Positions 9,501 through 18,771 of a DNA stretch of 64,000 nucleotides are shown here, in pieces. The notes under the pieces are model-generated. The model searched no databases. It saw nothing but the letters and a program-made list of their open reading frames with translations, and was not told the origin of the DNA. Both the position numbers and the translations under genes were made by a program. This stretch comes from Oscillospiraceae bacterium (GTDB taxonomy: Bacteria; Bacillota; Clostridia; Monoglobales; WRAG01). Each line of letters starts with the position of its first letter. Position 1 is the first letter of the stretch. The DNA lies in contig WRAG01000006.1 of the NCBI GenBank assembly GCA_009780345.1, positions 547 to 64,546 on the forward strand. The letters are read 5' to 3'.

Positions 9501-10061
9501 TTATGCGTTGTCGCCGCTGTCTTGATATTCCGGTTCGTTATTGTCATCGTCAAAATCAGAGGATACGTTTTTCCCCGAACCCTCTTTTGTAACACGTGAA
9601 ATAGCCGATCTGTCAAGCTGAACAAAAGATTTTTGCGTTCCGATTCCGCTTTCGATCACGTAAGTATCATCTTTAACGCGCACAATTTTCCCATGAATTC
9701 CGCCGATTGACACAACTTCGTCAGAAACTTTAATTGTTGAAACCATTTCTTTGTGCTCTTTGCTTTTCTTACGCTGCGGCCGAATCATAAGGAAATAAAA
9801 CACCGCGATTAGTAAAACAGGCATTAAAATCAACGACATATCAAAGCCGCCAGCTTCTTCCTCTTCCTCTTCGCGCAGTTCTTCCTCAAGCTCGCCACTA
9901 ATTGCCACAATCCCTGTATAGCTGTCGCCGTTTGAATCAACCGCATCGCCATTTTCGTATGCTTCTGTGCCGTTAGGCGGGTCTGCGATAACCTGCGTCG
10001 CCGAAAAAACTACTGTCATCATTAATACTAAAATCATAATTGCAACTATTCTTCTTTTCAT
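9501..10061 (-). CDS. yajC: Preprotein translocase subunit YajC with N-terminal extension
   Basis: FYFLMIRPQRKK, DEVVSIGGIHGKI; extra signal peptide and acidic segment. Confidence 0.85.
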   Translation of the reverse strand: MKRRIVAIMILVLMMTVVFSATQVIADPPNGTEAYENGDAVDSNGDSYTGIVAISGELEEELREEEEEEAGGFDMSLILMPVLLIAVFYFLMIRPQRKKSKEHKEMVSTIKVSDEVVSIGGIHGKIVRVKDDTYVIESGIGTQKSFVQLDRSAISRVTKEGSGKNVSSDFDDDNNEPEYQDSGDNA

Positions 10062-10106
10062 ATTCACATCTCCTTAATTAGTAAGCGCTTCATAAGCGCT
10101 TGGGCT

Positions 10107-10258
10107 TGCTTAAAAAATAGCAATATGCGCAATGGCGAGAGATTTTTTTGTCCAACAAGGCAAATTTTCACAGGCATAATTTGTTTATGGCAAGGAAATT
10201 TAACGAAATTGGGCGGAAAAAGGTCCGCAATTGGGTATGTTGACATTTTTTAAGCAAG
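10107..10258. repeat. IR-bounded palindromic intergenic element
   Basis: cttgcttaaaaaat ... attttttaagcaag terminal inverted repeat with an internal hairpin. Confidence 0.55.
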
Positions 10259-10314
10259 TACTAATCCAGTATACCCTATTTCGGAAAATTTTTCAATACT
10301 TTTTTGAAAAAAAC

Positions 10315-10343
10315 TTGACATAGTTGAAAATCAATAGTATAAT
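10315..10343 (+). promoter_or_regulatory. sigma-A promoter of ptsH
   Basis: TTGACA-17-TATAAT consensus. Confidence 0.8.
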
Positions 10344-10397
10344 AGCTCTACCAAGGCGTATTACGCACAATTTCCACTATGAAATAGGAGCGATATT

Positions 10398-10661
10398 ATG
10401 TTTTTAAAAGAAGTTGTGGTTCAAAATCAAGTTGGGCTTCACGCAAGGCCGGCGACGTTCTTTATTCAAAAAGCGAACGAATACAAATCTAATATTTGGG
10501 TTGAGAAAGACGAGCGCAACGTTAACGCGAAAAGTCTTCTCGGCGTTTTGTCGCTCGGAATTACACGCGGAACAAGCATTACCATAGTCGCGGAAGGTTC
10601 AGATGAAGAAGCTGCTGTGACCGGTTTGGTTGATTTGATTTCTTCTAATTTCGCAGAGTAG
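10398..10661 (+). CDS. ptsH: Phosphocarrier protein HPr
   Basis: GLHARPA (His15), VNAKSLLG (Ser46). Confidence 0.95.
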   Translation: MFLKEVVVQNQVGLHARPATFFIQKANEYKSNIWVEKDERNVNAKSLLGVLSLGITRGTSITIVAEGSDEEAAVTGLVDLISSNFAE

Positions 10662-10743
10662 CGAGCAAGCCTGCTGAACGGACGCGCTGTAAATACAGGA
10701 TATAAGCAAACCTTTGTGCCGCGAGGCATAAAGGTTTATTCTA

Positions 10744-11075
10744 TATAATGAGAGTGTGTTGACGAAATAGCCAAGCTATTTCGTCGCGACACAAAACGCC
10801 GCCAAAAATTTTCACCGAAAATTTTTACACACATCATTGCAATGGGCATTGCTTGAATTTTTCAAATTCAATATGCAAAATCTTTGATTTTGCAGTAGAA
10901 ATGCAAGTATTTCTACTTGCAATACCCATTATAACACAAACTACGTGTTGAAACGAACAGATGAAAGAAAAAATTTCTACAATCGAAATTTTTTCTGCTT
11001 ATTTCGTTATAACACAAACTACGTGTTGAAACGACACAAAGTAATTGTTGGCGTTTTACGCCAACTGTCATTATA
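10744..11075. repeat. MITE-like AT-rich element upstream of uvrC
   Basis: 11/12 terminal IR (tataatgagagt / actgtcattata); 28-bp direct repeat at 10929-10956 and 11007-11034; several small hairpins. Confidence 0.5.
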
Positions 11076-11088
11076 AAGGATTATCACT

Positions 11089-12954
11089 ATGAAAGATTTT
11101 TCAGACAAATTAAAGAATCTGCCTAAAAAGCCGGGCGTCTATCTTATGCGAGATAGTGAGGGGCGCATTATTTACGTCGGCAAGGCGAAGATTCTTAAAA
11201 ATCGAATAAGTCAGTATTTTCAAAAATCCGCCGCGCACTCGCCGAAAACTTTGTCAATGATAGTAAACATTGACGATTTCGACTATATCATAACCGAAAC
11301 CGAGGTCGAGGCGCTGATTTTGGAATGTCATCTTATCAAGCGGCACAAACCGAAGTACAACATTCTGCTCAAGGATGACAAGCACTTCCCATACATCAAA
11401 ATCACGAAAAACGAAGAGTTTCCGCGGATTTTAATAACGCGTAAACACGAAAAAGACGGCGCGCGCTATTTCGGCCCTTTTATGAGCGGTTTCGCGGTAA
11501 AAGATAACGTCGAAATCCTCCGCAAAATCTTTAAAATTCGAACTTGCACCAAGGTTTTCCCCCGTGACTTAGGTAAAGGACGACCTTGCCTGATGTATCA
11601 CATAAACCAATGCGGCGCGCCGTGCGCACGTAAGATTTCCGCCGCCGAATACAACGAAAACATCGCGCAAGCGACCATGATTTTAGAGGGCAAATTCGCC
11701 GACATAACCGCAAGTTTGCAAGAACAAATGCAAGCCGCGTCAGACAACCTCGAATTCGAACGCGCGGCGCGAATCCGCGACAAAATCAAGCATATCAAAA
11801 CTTTGGGCGAAAAGCAGAAAATCACCTCAACGCAGGAGGACAACCGCGATATTTTGGGCTTTTTTCAAGCCGACGACGCGATTTGTGTCCAAATTTTTTA
11901 TATGCGCAACGGCAAAGTCGCGGGCGCGGAATATTTCGTATTTGAAACGCCGGAAGAGTCTGACAGTTGCGAGGTTTTCAGCGAATTCGTGCGGCAATTT
12001 TACTTCAACCTTACAAATATCCCTAAAGAAATCCTGCTTCCTTGCGAGCTAAACGACATGGAAGTTTTCGAGCAGTTCGTCTCCGAAAAAGCGGGACATC
12101 GTATATACGTCAGCGTTCCTAAGCGGGGCGATAAGGCGCGGCTCGTAAAAATGGCAATCGAAAACGCCGAAGAATCCTATCGCCGTCACAAGTTCACCCG
12201 CGACAAAGAGGAAACCGACCAAAACGACGCGCTTGCAGGGCTTATGGAAGTTCTATCGCTCCCCGCGCCGCCGTTTCACATCGAAAGCTACGACATCTCG
12301 AATATCTCCGGCGAAAAAAGCGTTGGCGCTTGCGTGGTATATCAAAACGCAATGCCGCAGCGCAAAAGTTATCGCAAGTTCAACATTAAAACCGTTGACG
12401 GCGCCGACGATTACGCAAGTATGCGTGAGGTCGTCTACCGCCGAATCAATCGCGCGTACGACGAACAGGACAAAATCGCCGCCGGCGAACTTGCGCCGGA
12501 GTTGGCAAAATTTCTGCCGCTTCCCGATTTAATCCTCCTCGACGGCGGACGCGGGCACGTTGCGGTAATCAAAGAACTGCTTGCGACAATGGGCGAGGAA
12601 ATTCCGGTTTTCGGAATGGTAAAGGACGATAAACATCGAACGCGCGGCTTAACGTCCGACACAACCGAGTTCGATATTCCCCGCGACAGCGAAGTTTTCC
12701 GTTTCCTCACGCGATTGCAGGACGAGGTTCACCGATTCGCCATAACCGCCTACCGCAAGCGACACGAGAGCGATATGGTTCATTCCGAACTTGAGGATAT
12801 TCCAAACGTCGGCGCGGCGACGCGGCGCAGGCTTCTAACCCATTTTTCGAATATCGAACGCATTAAATCCGCGACGCTTGACGAGCTTTGCGAGATAATA
12901 AACAAACGTGCCGCGCAAAGCGTGTACGACTATTTCAATAAAAATGCCGAATAA
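11089..12954 (+). CDS. uvrC: Excinuclease ABC subunit C
   Basis: GIY-YIG (PGVYLM..IYVGKAK), UVR domain, ESYDISN, DLILLDGG, HhH. Confidence 0.97.
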   Translation: MKDFSDKLKNLPKKPGVYLMRDSEGRIIYVGKAKILKNRISQYFQKSAAHSPKTLSMIVNIDDFDYIITETEVEALILECHLIKRHKPKYNILLKDDKHFPYIKITKNEEFPRILITRKHEKDGARYFGPFMSGFAVKDNVEILRKIFKIRTCTKVFPRDLGKGRPCLMYHINQCGAPCARKISAAEYNENIAQATMILEGKFADITASLQEQMQAASDNLEFERAARIRDKIKHIKTLGEKQKITSTQEDNRDILGFFQADDAICVQIFYMRNGKVAGAEYFVFETPEESDSCEVFSEFVRQFYFNLTNIPKEILLPCELNDMEVFEQFVSEKAGHRIYVSVPKRGDKARLVKMAIENAEESYRRHKFTRDKEETDQNDALAGLMEVLSLPAPPFHIESYDISNISGEKSVGACVVYQNAMPQRKSYRKFNIKTVDGADDYASMREVVYRRINRAYDEQDKIAAGELAPELAKFLPLPDLILLDGGRGHVAVIKELLATMGEEIPVFGMVKDDKHRTRGLTSDTTEFDIPRDSEVFRFLTRLQDEVHRFAITAYRKRHESDMVHSELEDIPNVGAATRRRLLTHFSNIERIKSATLDELCEIINKRAAQSVYDYFNKNAE

Positions 12955-13015
12955 TCAAAAAACACTTGATATTTCTCGTCAATTTGTGGTATAATATGAC
13001 AAAGAGGTGAAAACT

Positions 13016-13342
13016 ATGTCAAAAGTAATTCACATTACCGAAGAAAGCGCGTTTGAATCGCAGGTTCTAAACGCCGACATTCCTGTTTTGGTTGATTTTT
13101 GGGCTGATTGGTGCGGTCCTTGCAGAATGATAGGTCCGATTTTAGACCAACTTGCCGACGAATTTGACGGTAAGGCAATCATTGTGAAAATCAATGTTGA
13201 CGAGCAGCCGGATCTTGCTCGAAAGTATGATGTGATGACGATTCCGACCGTAATAACATTCAAAAATGGTGAAATTTCAGAAACTTCGACCGGCGCGAAG
13301 CCGAAAAGTGAATTTGAAGAAATGCTAAATAAGCTGATTTAG
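13016..13342 (+). CDS. trxA: Thioredoxin
   Basis: DFWADWCGPC; promoter TTGATA..TGgTATAAT at 12966-12995. Confidence 0.96.
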   Translation: MSKVIHITEESAFESQVLNADIPVLVDFWADWCGPCRMIGPILDQLADEFDGKAIIVKINVDEQPDLARKYDVMTIPTVITFKNGEISETSTGAKPKSEFEEMLNKLI

Positions 13343-13365
13343 CAAGAAAAAAGGGGGACACCCAC

Positions 13366-13815
13366 ATGGCTAGAGATAAAAAGAAAGTTTTATTTAGAAC
13401 CGATCTGTTCGGATTTCACAAGAAAGACGTTTTGTCGTATCTAAAAGAGTACGACCAAACAACGATGGAAAAAATCATTTCTCGCGATACTGAAATACAG
13501 TTGCTGAAAAATGAAATTGTAATGCTGAATGCAAGAATTCCGGATTTAGAACGGCAACAAAATTTGCTTGCCGCCGAACGTGACTTGATTGCGCAAACCC
13601 TTATAGTTGCGAGAGAATCCGCCGACAAAATCATAAATGACGCAAAAGTTGAAGCGGCGAAGAAGCAAGCCGAAATGCAGCAAAATTACACCATGGAAAT
13701 CAATAAACTCGCGACCATTCGAAACGAAATTATACAAATTCGCAAATTCGCGACAGACGCAATCCGCACATTCGAGCGCGAGCTGTCGTCGCTGGAGCAA
13801 TCGACTGTGGAGTAG
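13366..13815 (+). CDS. DivIVA-like coiled-coil protein
   Basis: FRTDLFGFHKKDVLSYL N-terminal motif followed by a coiled coil. Confidence 0.7.
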   Translation: MARDKKKVLFRTDLFGFHKKDVLSYLKEYDQTTMEKIISRDTEIQLLKNEIVMLNARIPDLERQQNLLAAERDLIAQTLIVARESADKIINDAKVEAAKKQAEMQQNYTMEINKLATIRNEIIQIRKFATDAIRTFERELSSLEQSTVE

Positions 13816-13885
13816 GTTTTTGCGCCTATCCGGCACGGGTTTTAGGATATTGTCCTAAAACCCTGCGCCCGTTGGGCGCAAAAGA
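13816..13885. repeat. Minimal family-B palindrome between convergent genes
   Basis: ttttgcgcc..ggttttagga/tcctaaaacc..ggcgcaaaa; right arm matches 27595-27620. Confidence 0.7.
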
Positions 13886-13887
13886 CT

Positions 13888-14754
13888 TTAAACTGCAAGT
13901 TTATCTGATAATTCCGCAAAATCTTCAACGCTGAAAGTTTCGCCCCGCACGTCGGGGCGTTTTTTCATATCTAAAAGCGCCGCTTGCACTTTTTCTTTTT
14001 CAAATTGAAGCTCCGAACTGCCTGCAATCGCGTTCACCAACGTTTTGCGCCTTTGCCCGAATGCCGCTCGCACAAGCGCGAAAAACAGCGCTTCGTCACG
14101 AACCGCAACACTTTTGTTCGGCAAAACCTCTAAATGCACAACGCTCGAGCCAACATTCGGCGGCGGCATAAAGCAATGCGGCGAAACATCTGTGACGATT
14201 GACGGCTTTGTATGATACTGCGCCGCAATTGACAGAGCGCCGTAGTCCTTCCCCCCCGGCTTCGCGCAAATCCGCGCCGCAACTTCTTTTTGCACCATTA
14301 CCGTCAGGCTCTTCAGCCCCGAAAGCGAACTTTCAAGCAGTTTCATAATAATCGGCGTCGTGATATAATACGGCAAATTTGCGGCAACCCGCACGTCAAG
14401 CCCCGCAAAGTGTTCCTCGAATAACCGGTTTATGTCAACCTTTAATATATCATCTGATATTATGTAAACGTTGTCGAATCCCGCGAGATTATGTTCCAAA
14501 ATCGGGATAAGCGCGCGGTCGATTTCAACCGTCACAACTTTTTTTGCGGCGGTTGCCATTTCGAACGTCAAAACTCCCGCGCCCGCGCCGATTTCCAGCA
14601 CCGCGCAATTCGCGTCAACACCTGAGGCGTCAACAATTTGGCGCAAAATATTTTTGTCGATCAAAAAATTTTGCCCCAAGCTTTTACGGAACTGAAAATT
14701 ATGCGATTTTAATATTTCTTTTAAATTTGACCAATTTGCAATTTTATTTTCCAT
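13888..14754 (-). CDS. rsmA: 16S rRNA m6,2A dimethyltransferase KsgA
   Basis: KSLGQNFLID, LEIGAGAG, NLPYYITTP, MVQKEVA, FGQRRKTL. Confidence 0.96.
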   Translation of the reverse strand: MENKIANWSNLKEILKSHNFQFRKSLGQNFLIDKNILRQIVDASGVDANCAVLEIGAGAGVLTFEMATAAKKVVTVEIDRALIPILEHNLAGFDNVYIISDDILKVDINRLFEEHFAGLDVRVAANLPYYITTPIIMKLLESSLSGLKSLTVMVQKEVAARICAKPGGKDYGALSIAAQYHTKPSIVTDVSPHCFMPPPNVGSSVVHLEVLPNKSVAVRDEALFFALVRAAFGQRRKTLVNAIAGSSELQFEKEKVQAALLDMKKRPDVRGETFSVEDFAELSDKLAV

Positions 14755-14786
14755 TTTTTTATTATACCACAACCATAGGCAAACGT

Positions 14787-15875
14787 CTATATTTTTTTGC
14801 GCAAATGCGCTATGGCGAAAACCACTATCGGTAGGGCGATTCCAAGGATTACATTCACCGGAACCGCAATTCCTGCCGAAAATCTGTTCAATTCAAAAAA
14901 GCTATTCGCCAAAACCAGCGCAAGCAAATAAACGCACAAAATAATTGGGGCGGTAAGCTTTCGTGGTTCTTTAATCGGAAGCAGTTTCTTTAAAATGTTG
15001 ACAAAAACGTACATAAATAGCGACACAATCACTAAATCCGCAATCACCCAAAATGTTAGGAATATCGCCTCTAACCGCTCGACAACGTTTAGTATCCGAA
15101 TCGTCTGCACCGCCGTGAAAAACGGCAGGCTTAGCCGCTCGGTCCAGTTTGCGCCTAAAATTCCGATGGTGATAAAAAACGTAATCAGCGCGGATAGCGC
15201 CAATAAAATTCCACTTTTTATGCCGTGCTTTTTGAGGTTCGACATGTCTGTTACACCGCCGCCCAAAAACAAACCGAACGTTAGATAGCTCCAGATTCCA
15301 AGCACAACAAGCGACCCGCGAAGTATCGGAACCGCGTCCATTGTGGTTACAGGAAACAAATTGGCGACCTCGATTGTCGGTAGCGAAACAGCTAAAAGAA
15401 ACACAAACATTCCGGCGAATAAGTATAGCGACAGCTCCGAGAACCGCGCGAATGATTCGAATTTGCCGTACATAAATATCGCGGATAATGCGAGAAGCGT
15501 TATGAGGAAAAATTGCAGCGGTGTGTTCGGTAATATCGACGCCATAAACCGTTCGGCGAACGCGCGAACGTAAAACGCGATTAGTATGAACGTCCAAATT
15601 CCGTAAATCACGGTTATGAGTTTCGCCAAAAACTTGCCGATCACTTTTGTGAACAGGTCGTATAAATCGGTTGCGTGAGATTTCGTGAACATTCGCGAGA
15701 GCATTAAAATAAACAGCAAATAGAATCCGAACGCAAGTAAAATTGAAACCCAGCCCGCTCTGCCCGCTTCGTTTCCGACCAATCGCGGGATGGTTTGTAT
15801 CGCCGACGAAAATGTCGCGACAATTACTATGATTAGCAGCTGCCGAACGCTTATTTTGTTGTTATCGTATTGCAT
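14787..15875 (-). CDS. Spore germinant receptor B subunit (GerAB family)
   Basis: About 10 TM helices, AGWVSILL, ERLEAIFLTFW; in an operon with A and C subunits. Confidence 0.88.
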   Translation of the reverse strand: MQYDNNKISVRQLLIIVIVATFSSAIQTIPRLVGNEAGRAGWVSILLAFGFYLLFILMLSRMFTKSHATDLYDLFTKVIGKFLAKLITVIYGIWTFILIAFYVRAFAERFMASILPNTPLQFFLITLLALSAIFMYGKFESFARFSELSLYLFAGMFVFLLAVSLPTIEVANLFPVTTMDAVPILRGSLVVLGIWSYLTFGLFLGGGVTDMSNLKKHGIKSGILLALSALITFFITIGILGANWTERLSLPFFTAVQTIRILNVVERLEAIFLTFWVIADLVIVSLFMYVFVNILKKLLPIKEPRKLTAPIILCVYLLALVLANSFFELNRFSAGIAVPVNVILGIALPIVVFAIAHLRKKI

Positions 15876-16020
15876 AAAGTACCCCCGCCGTAATTGCCGC
15901 CGCCATAAAGAAAATATATATCGTCATATCCTTGCGCTCTTTTCGTTTGACGTAGTCGATTATATCAACCACCGTGAAAATTCCCGCGATTAGTAGAAAT
16001 CGTATTAACAAATTTACCAA
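15862..16020 (-). CDS. Small 52-aa two-TM protein, putative germinant-receptor D subunit
   Basis: TTG start after GGAGG; MVNLLIRFLLIAGIFTVVDIIDYVKRKERKDMTIYIFFMAAAITAGVLYAIR; overlaps both neighbours. Confidence 0.6.
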   Translation of the reverse strand: MVNLLIRFLLIAGIFTVVDIIDYVKRKERKDMTIYIFFMAAAITAGVLYAIR

Positions 16021-17240
16021 CCTCCATAAATCTCGGACAAATCAACATTCACGACCACATGAATGGGCAAAGTCGCAAGTGTTTCACGCCAATTTTCGCG
16101 CAAGCGTTCCCATCTGTATGGGTGCCGCATACGCAAGCGTTCGCCAAGTCCTAAAAAGTCGCTTCTGTATCGTTGCGAAAGCCCGATAACGCTTTCAATT
16201 TGACTTGTAAACCGCAATTTCGCGAGCCGCTCCACTTCTTCGACTGACGCGCGGGACAAGTTTCTTTGCGCCTCGTTGACATTCGCGGATATATCTGTGG
16301 AAATCGTGATTCCGAGCAACGTGTTCTCGTCAAAATTGAATCCTATCCGCGTGTTGAAGTCGGTAACTCGAATCGAGACGTAACTTTCTTCATGCCGCAC
16401 ATCAATTTCGCCTGCATGTTCGTTTTGCCGAATCAAATTATAGCCCGCCGCTTGGTCGATATCAACAAAGCCCGCGAACCGCCTATCCGCGATAATAGCG
16501 TATCCGCCTAACGCCATGCTTTGCTGACCGTTTTGCGCAACCAACTGAACGTTCGGAACAAGCATATCGCCCGATTCCGAATGTATATTTCTGAAGAAAT
16601 CCGCCAACGTTGTTTCCCGCGATATCGCTGAAACTCCCGAATATTTTCCGAAATTTGAAAGTTTGTCTGCCAGCATAAAATTCTCCGGTAAAGTGTTTAG
16701 CAAATCCTTCGCGCTTGACCCGCGGACGAAATAAATTCGCGCCGAAAGCCGCGCGCCGCTGTCTCTTGCCAAGTAATCCATATACTTCAAAACATCATAT
16801 TTCACCGCATCTTCGCCGATTAGGATGTACGATATATGCGAGCTTAGCACCTCGCGCTCCATCGATCGCCGAATTTCGGCAATCGCGCGCGCGACGGTCG
16901 GTCCTGTGCGGCTTATTGTATTTCCAGCATCCTCGTTTGACGGCGGATCGCCGCCCGCCGCGCCCTCGGCGGCAGCGCCTTCAGCGCCGCCCTCTTCGCC
17001 GCCTGCCTCTTCTTCCATAGGTTCAATTCCGCCACCCTCGGTGTTCGAGTAATTCCGCACCCATGTCACCTCAACGCTGCCGCTAGCAGTTCTATCGATT
17101 CCCATAACGCGTACAATTTCAAGTTGGCTCATCTCTCGTTGGTTGGGCATAACACGAGGCACGCCGACAAAACAGACAGCAAGGCTTATTATGATTAGGA
17201 TGATTCGTTTGGTCATGGGATTTGCTCCTTTTGTTTTCAC
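16014..17240 (-). CDS. Spore germinant receptor C subunit (GerAC family)
   Basis: REMSQLEIVRVMGID, SHISYILIGED, SDFLGLGE..HPYRW; start may be ATG at 17216. Confidence 0.85.
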   Translation of the reverse strand: MKTKGANPMTKRIILIIISLAVCFVGVPRVMPNQREMSQLEIVRVMGIDRTASGSVEVTWVRNYSNTEGGGIEPMEEEAGGEEGGAEGAAAEGAAGGDPPSNEDAGNTISRTGPTVARAIAEIRRSMEREVLSSHISYILIGEDAVKYDVLKYMDYLARDSGARLSARIYFVRGSSAKDLLNTLPENFMLADKLSNFGKYSGVSAISRETTLADFFRNIHSESGDMLVPNVQLVAQNGQQSMALGGYAIIADRRFAGFVDIDQAAGYNLIRQNEHAGEIDVRHEESYVSIRVTDFNTRIGFNFDENTLLGITISTDISANVNEAQRNLSRASVEEVERLAKLRFTSQIESVIGLSQRYRSDFLGLGERLRMRHPYRWERLRENWRETLATLPIHVVVNVDLSEIYGGW

Positions 17241-18670
17241 CTCTTCGTCCTCTTAAAAATCGGTAGCCTTAAAACCGTGTCCTGCGCGATTTTTTTACCC
17301 TCGTTGGCAACATACGGCATCATATAAGGTACGTTGAACGTTTTGATGCTGCAAAAATAGTAAATCAACATTGCGAACCCGATCGCCATACCAAAAAGTC
17401 CCGCTATTTCGGCGATAATCACAAACACGAACCGCACAATTCGGAATGAGTTCGCCATATCTTGGCTTGGGATGATAAACCCGCAAATTGCCGCGATTGC
17501 GATAACCACAACTACTACCGGCGATATGAGTCCCGACACCATTGCCGCTTCGCCGACGATTAATCCGCCGACGATGGATACTGCCGCGCCGATTGTGTTC
17601 GGAAGCCGAATTCCCGATTCGATCATCACCTCAAACGCCAGCAGCATAAATAGAACTTCCATAAACACGGTCAGCGGCACTTCCTGCTTACTTCGAATTA
17701 TAGAAATCGCGAGTTGCGTCGGTATCATTTCGTGATGAAACGTTCCGACGGCGACGTAAAGCGCCGGCAGGATTATTGTTATAAATATGCAAACATACCG
17801 CAAAATCCGAATCAGCGAACCCACGAAATAATTGTGCGAATAATCTTCCGGCGCTTGGAAAAACATATTAAATACCACCGGAACCATGTAAACATAGGGA
17901 AATCCGTCAATGATCAGCCCGATTTTTCCCTCCGCAAGGTTGGCGCACAGTTTGTCGGGCCGCTCGGTATATAAAACTTGCGGAAATATCGAATATTTGT
18001 TGTCGCCGAGCTGCTCCTCGACGCACGCGGTGGAGGTTATATCGTCAATGTTTATCGAATCTATCCTGTCGAGCACCTGTTGGAGCATCTTTTTGTCCGT
18101 CGTTCCGTCGAGATACAAAATTGCGACGTCGGTTCGGGTCACGTTTCCGATGGATTTTTGCAAGATTTTCAGCCGCGGGTCGCGAATTCGCCGTCGAATC
18201 AGCCCTGTATTCATTCGAAGGGCTTCGGTGAACGCGTCTTTCCCGCCTTTGATTACGTTTTCGTCAATCGGCGGGCTGATTCCGCGCAGCTGGAACCCTT
18301 TCATCTCGAAAATAACCATATCGCTCGTATCGTCGAACATAAGTGCGACATGACCGTTTAGCAGGTCGGTCGCGACTTCCGCAACGTCAGTTTTCACTTC
18401 CTGTGACGCGTGATAAACCGTGCCGTGGTTGATAAGCTCGATAATTTCGGCGGAACTCTTCGCGCGAGATAAAACATCCGCTTGGTTCAGCGGTTTTAGC
18501 AAAACTTCCGAAACCATTTGCGTATTCGCCATTCCCTCGACATACGCAACTGTCGCGGGGAGGTTTCGGTTGCTGTTAATATAAATATCGGTAAACAACG
18601 CGTCGCCGCACTCGAGAAATATTTCCTCAAGCCGCGCGCGCGTAGTTTGGGTTGTAGCGGTCGTTACCAT
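17237..18670 (-). CDS. Spore germinant receptor A subunit (GerAA family)
   Basis: GGKDAFTE, TERPD, FFQAPEDY, ESGIRLP, SIVGGLIVGEAA. Confidence 0.93.
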   Translation of the reverse strand: MVTTATTQTTRARLEEIFLECGDALFTDIYINSNRNLPATVAYVEGMANTQMVSEVLLKPLNQADVLSRAKSSAEIIELINHGTVYHASQEVKTDVAEVATDLLNGHVALMFDDTSDMVIFEMKGFQLRGISPPIDENVIKGGKDAFTEALRMNTGLIRRRIRDPRLKILQKSIGNVTRTDVAILYLDGTTDKKMLQQVLDRIDSINIDDITSTACVEEQLGDNKYSIFPQVLYTERPDKLCANLAEGKIGLIIDGFPYVYMVPVVFNMFFQAPEDYSHNYFVGSLIRILRYVCIFITIILPALYVAVGTFHHEMIPTQLAISIIRSKQEVPLTVFMEVLFMLLAFEVMIESGIRLPNTIGAAVSIVGGLIVGEAAMVSGLISPVVVVVIAIAAICGFIIPSQDMANSFRIVRFVFVIIAEIAGLFGMAIGFAMLIYYFCSIKTFNVPYMMPYVANEGKKIAQDTVLRLPIFKRTKR

Positions 18671-18687
18671 GCAATACACCTCGAGGT

Positions 18688-18717
18688 TAGTATTGCGATA
18701 ATTTCCATATTTTATGC
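18688..18717 (-). promoter_or_regulatory. Putative sigma-G promoter of the ger operon
   Basis: GCATA-18-AATACTA matches the sigma-G consensus. Confidence 0.65.
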
Positions 18718-18718
18718 A

Positions 18719-18748
18719 AAAAAAGACGAGCTTTCGCTCGTCTTTTTT
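18719..18748. terminator. Intrinsic terminator after the SLH gene
   Basis: aaaaaagacgagc-tttc-gctcgtctttttt. Confidence 0.75.
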
Positions 18749-18771
18749 AATTATTTAAGAATTAGAGAAGA

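Noticed and set aside
10929-11034. Possible mini CRISPR array
   Set aside because: Only two repeats, the 50-bp spacer is itself a hairpin, and there are no cas genes.
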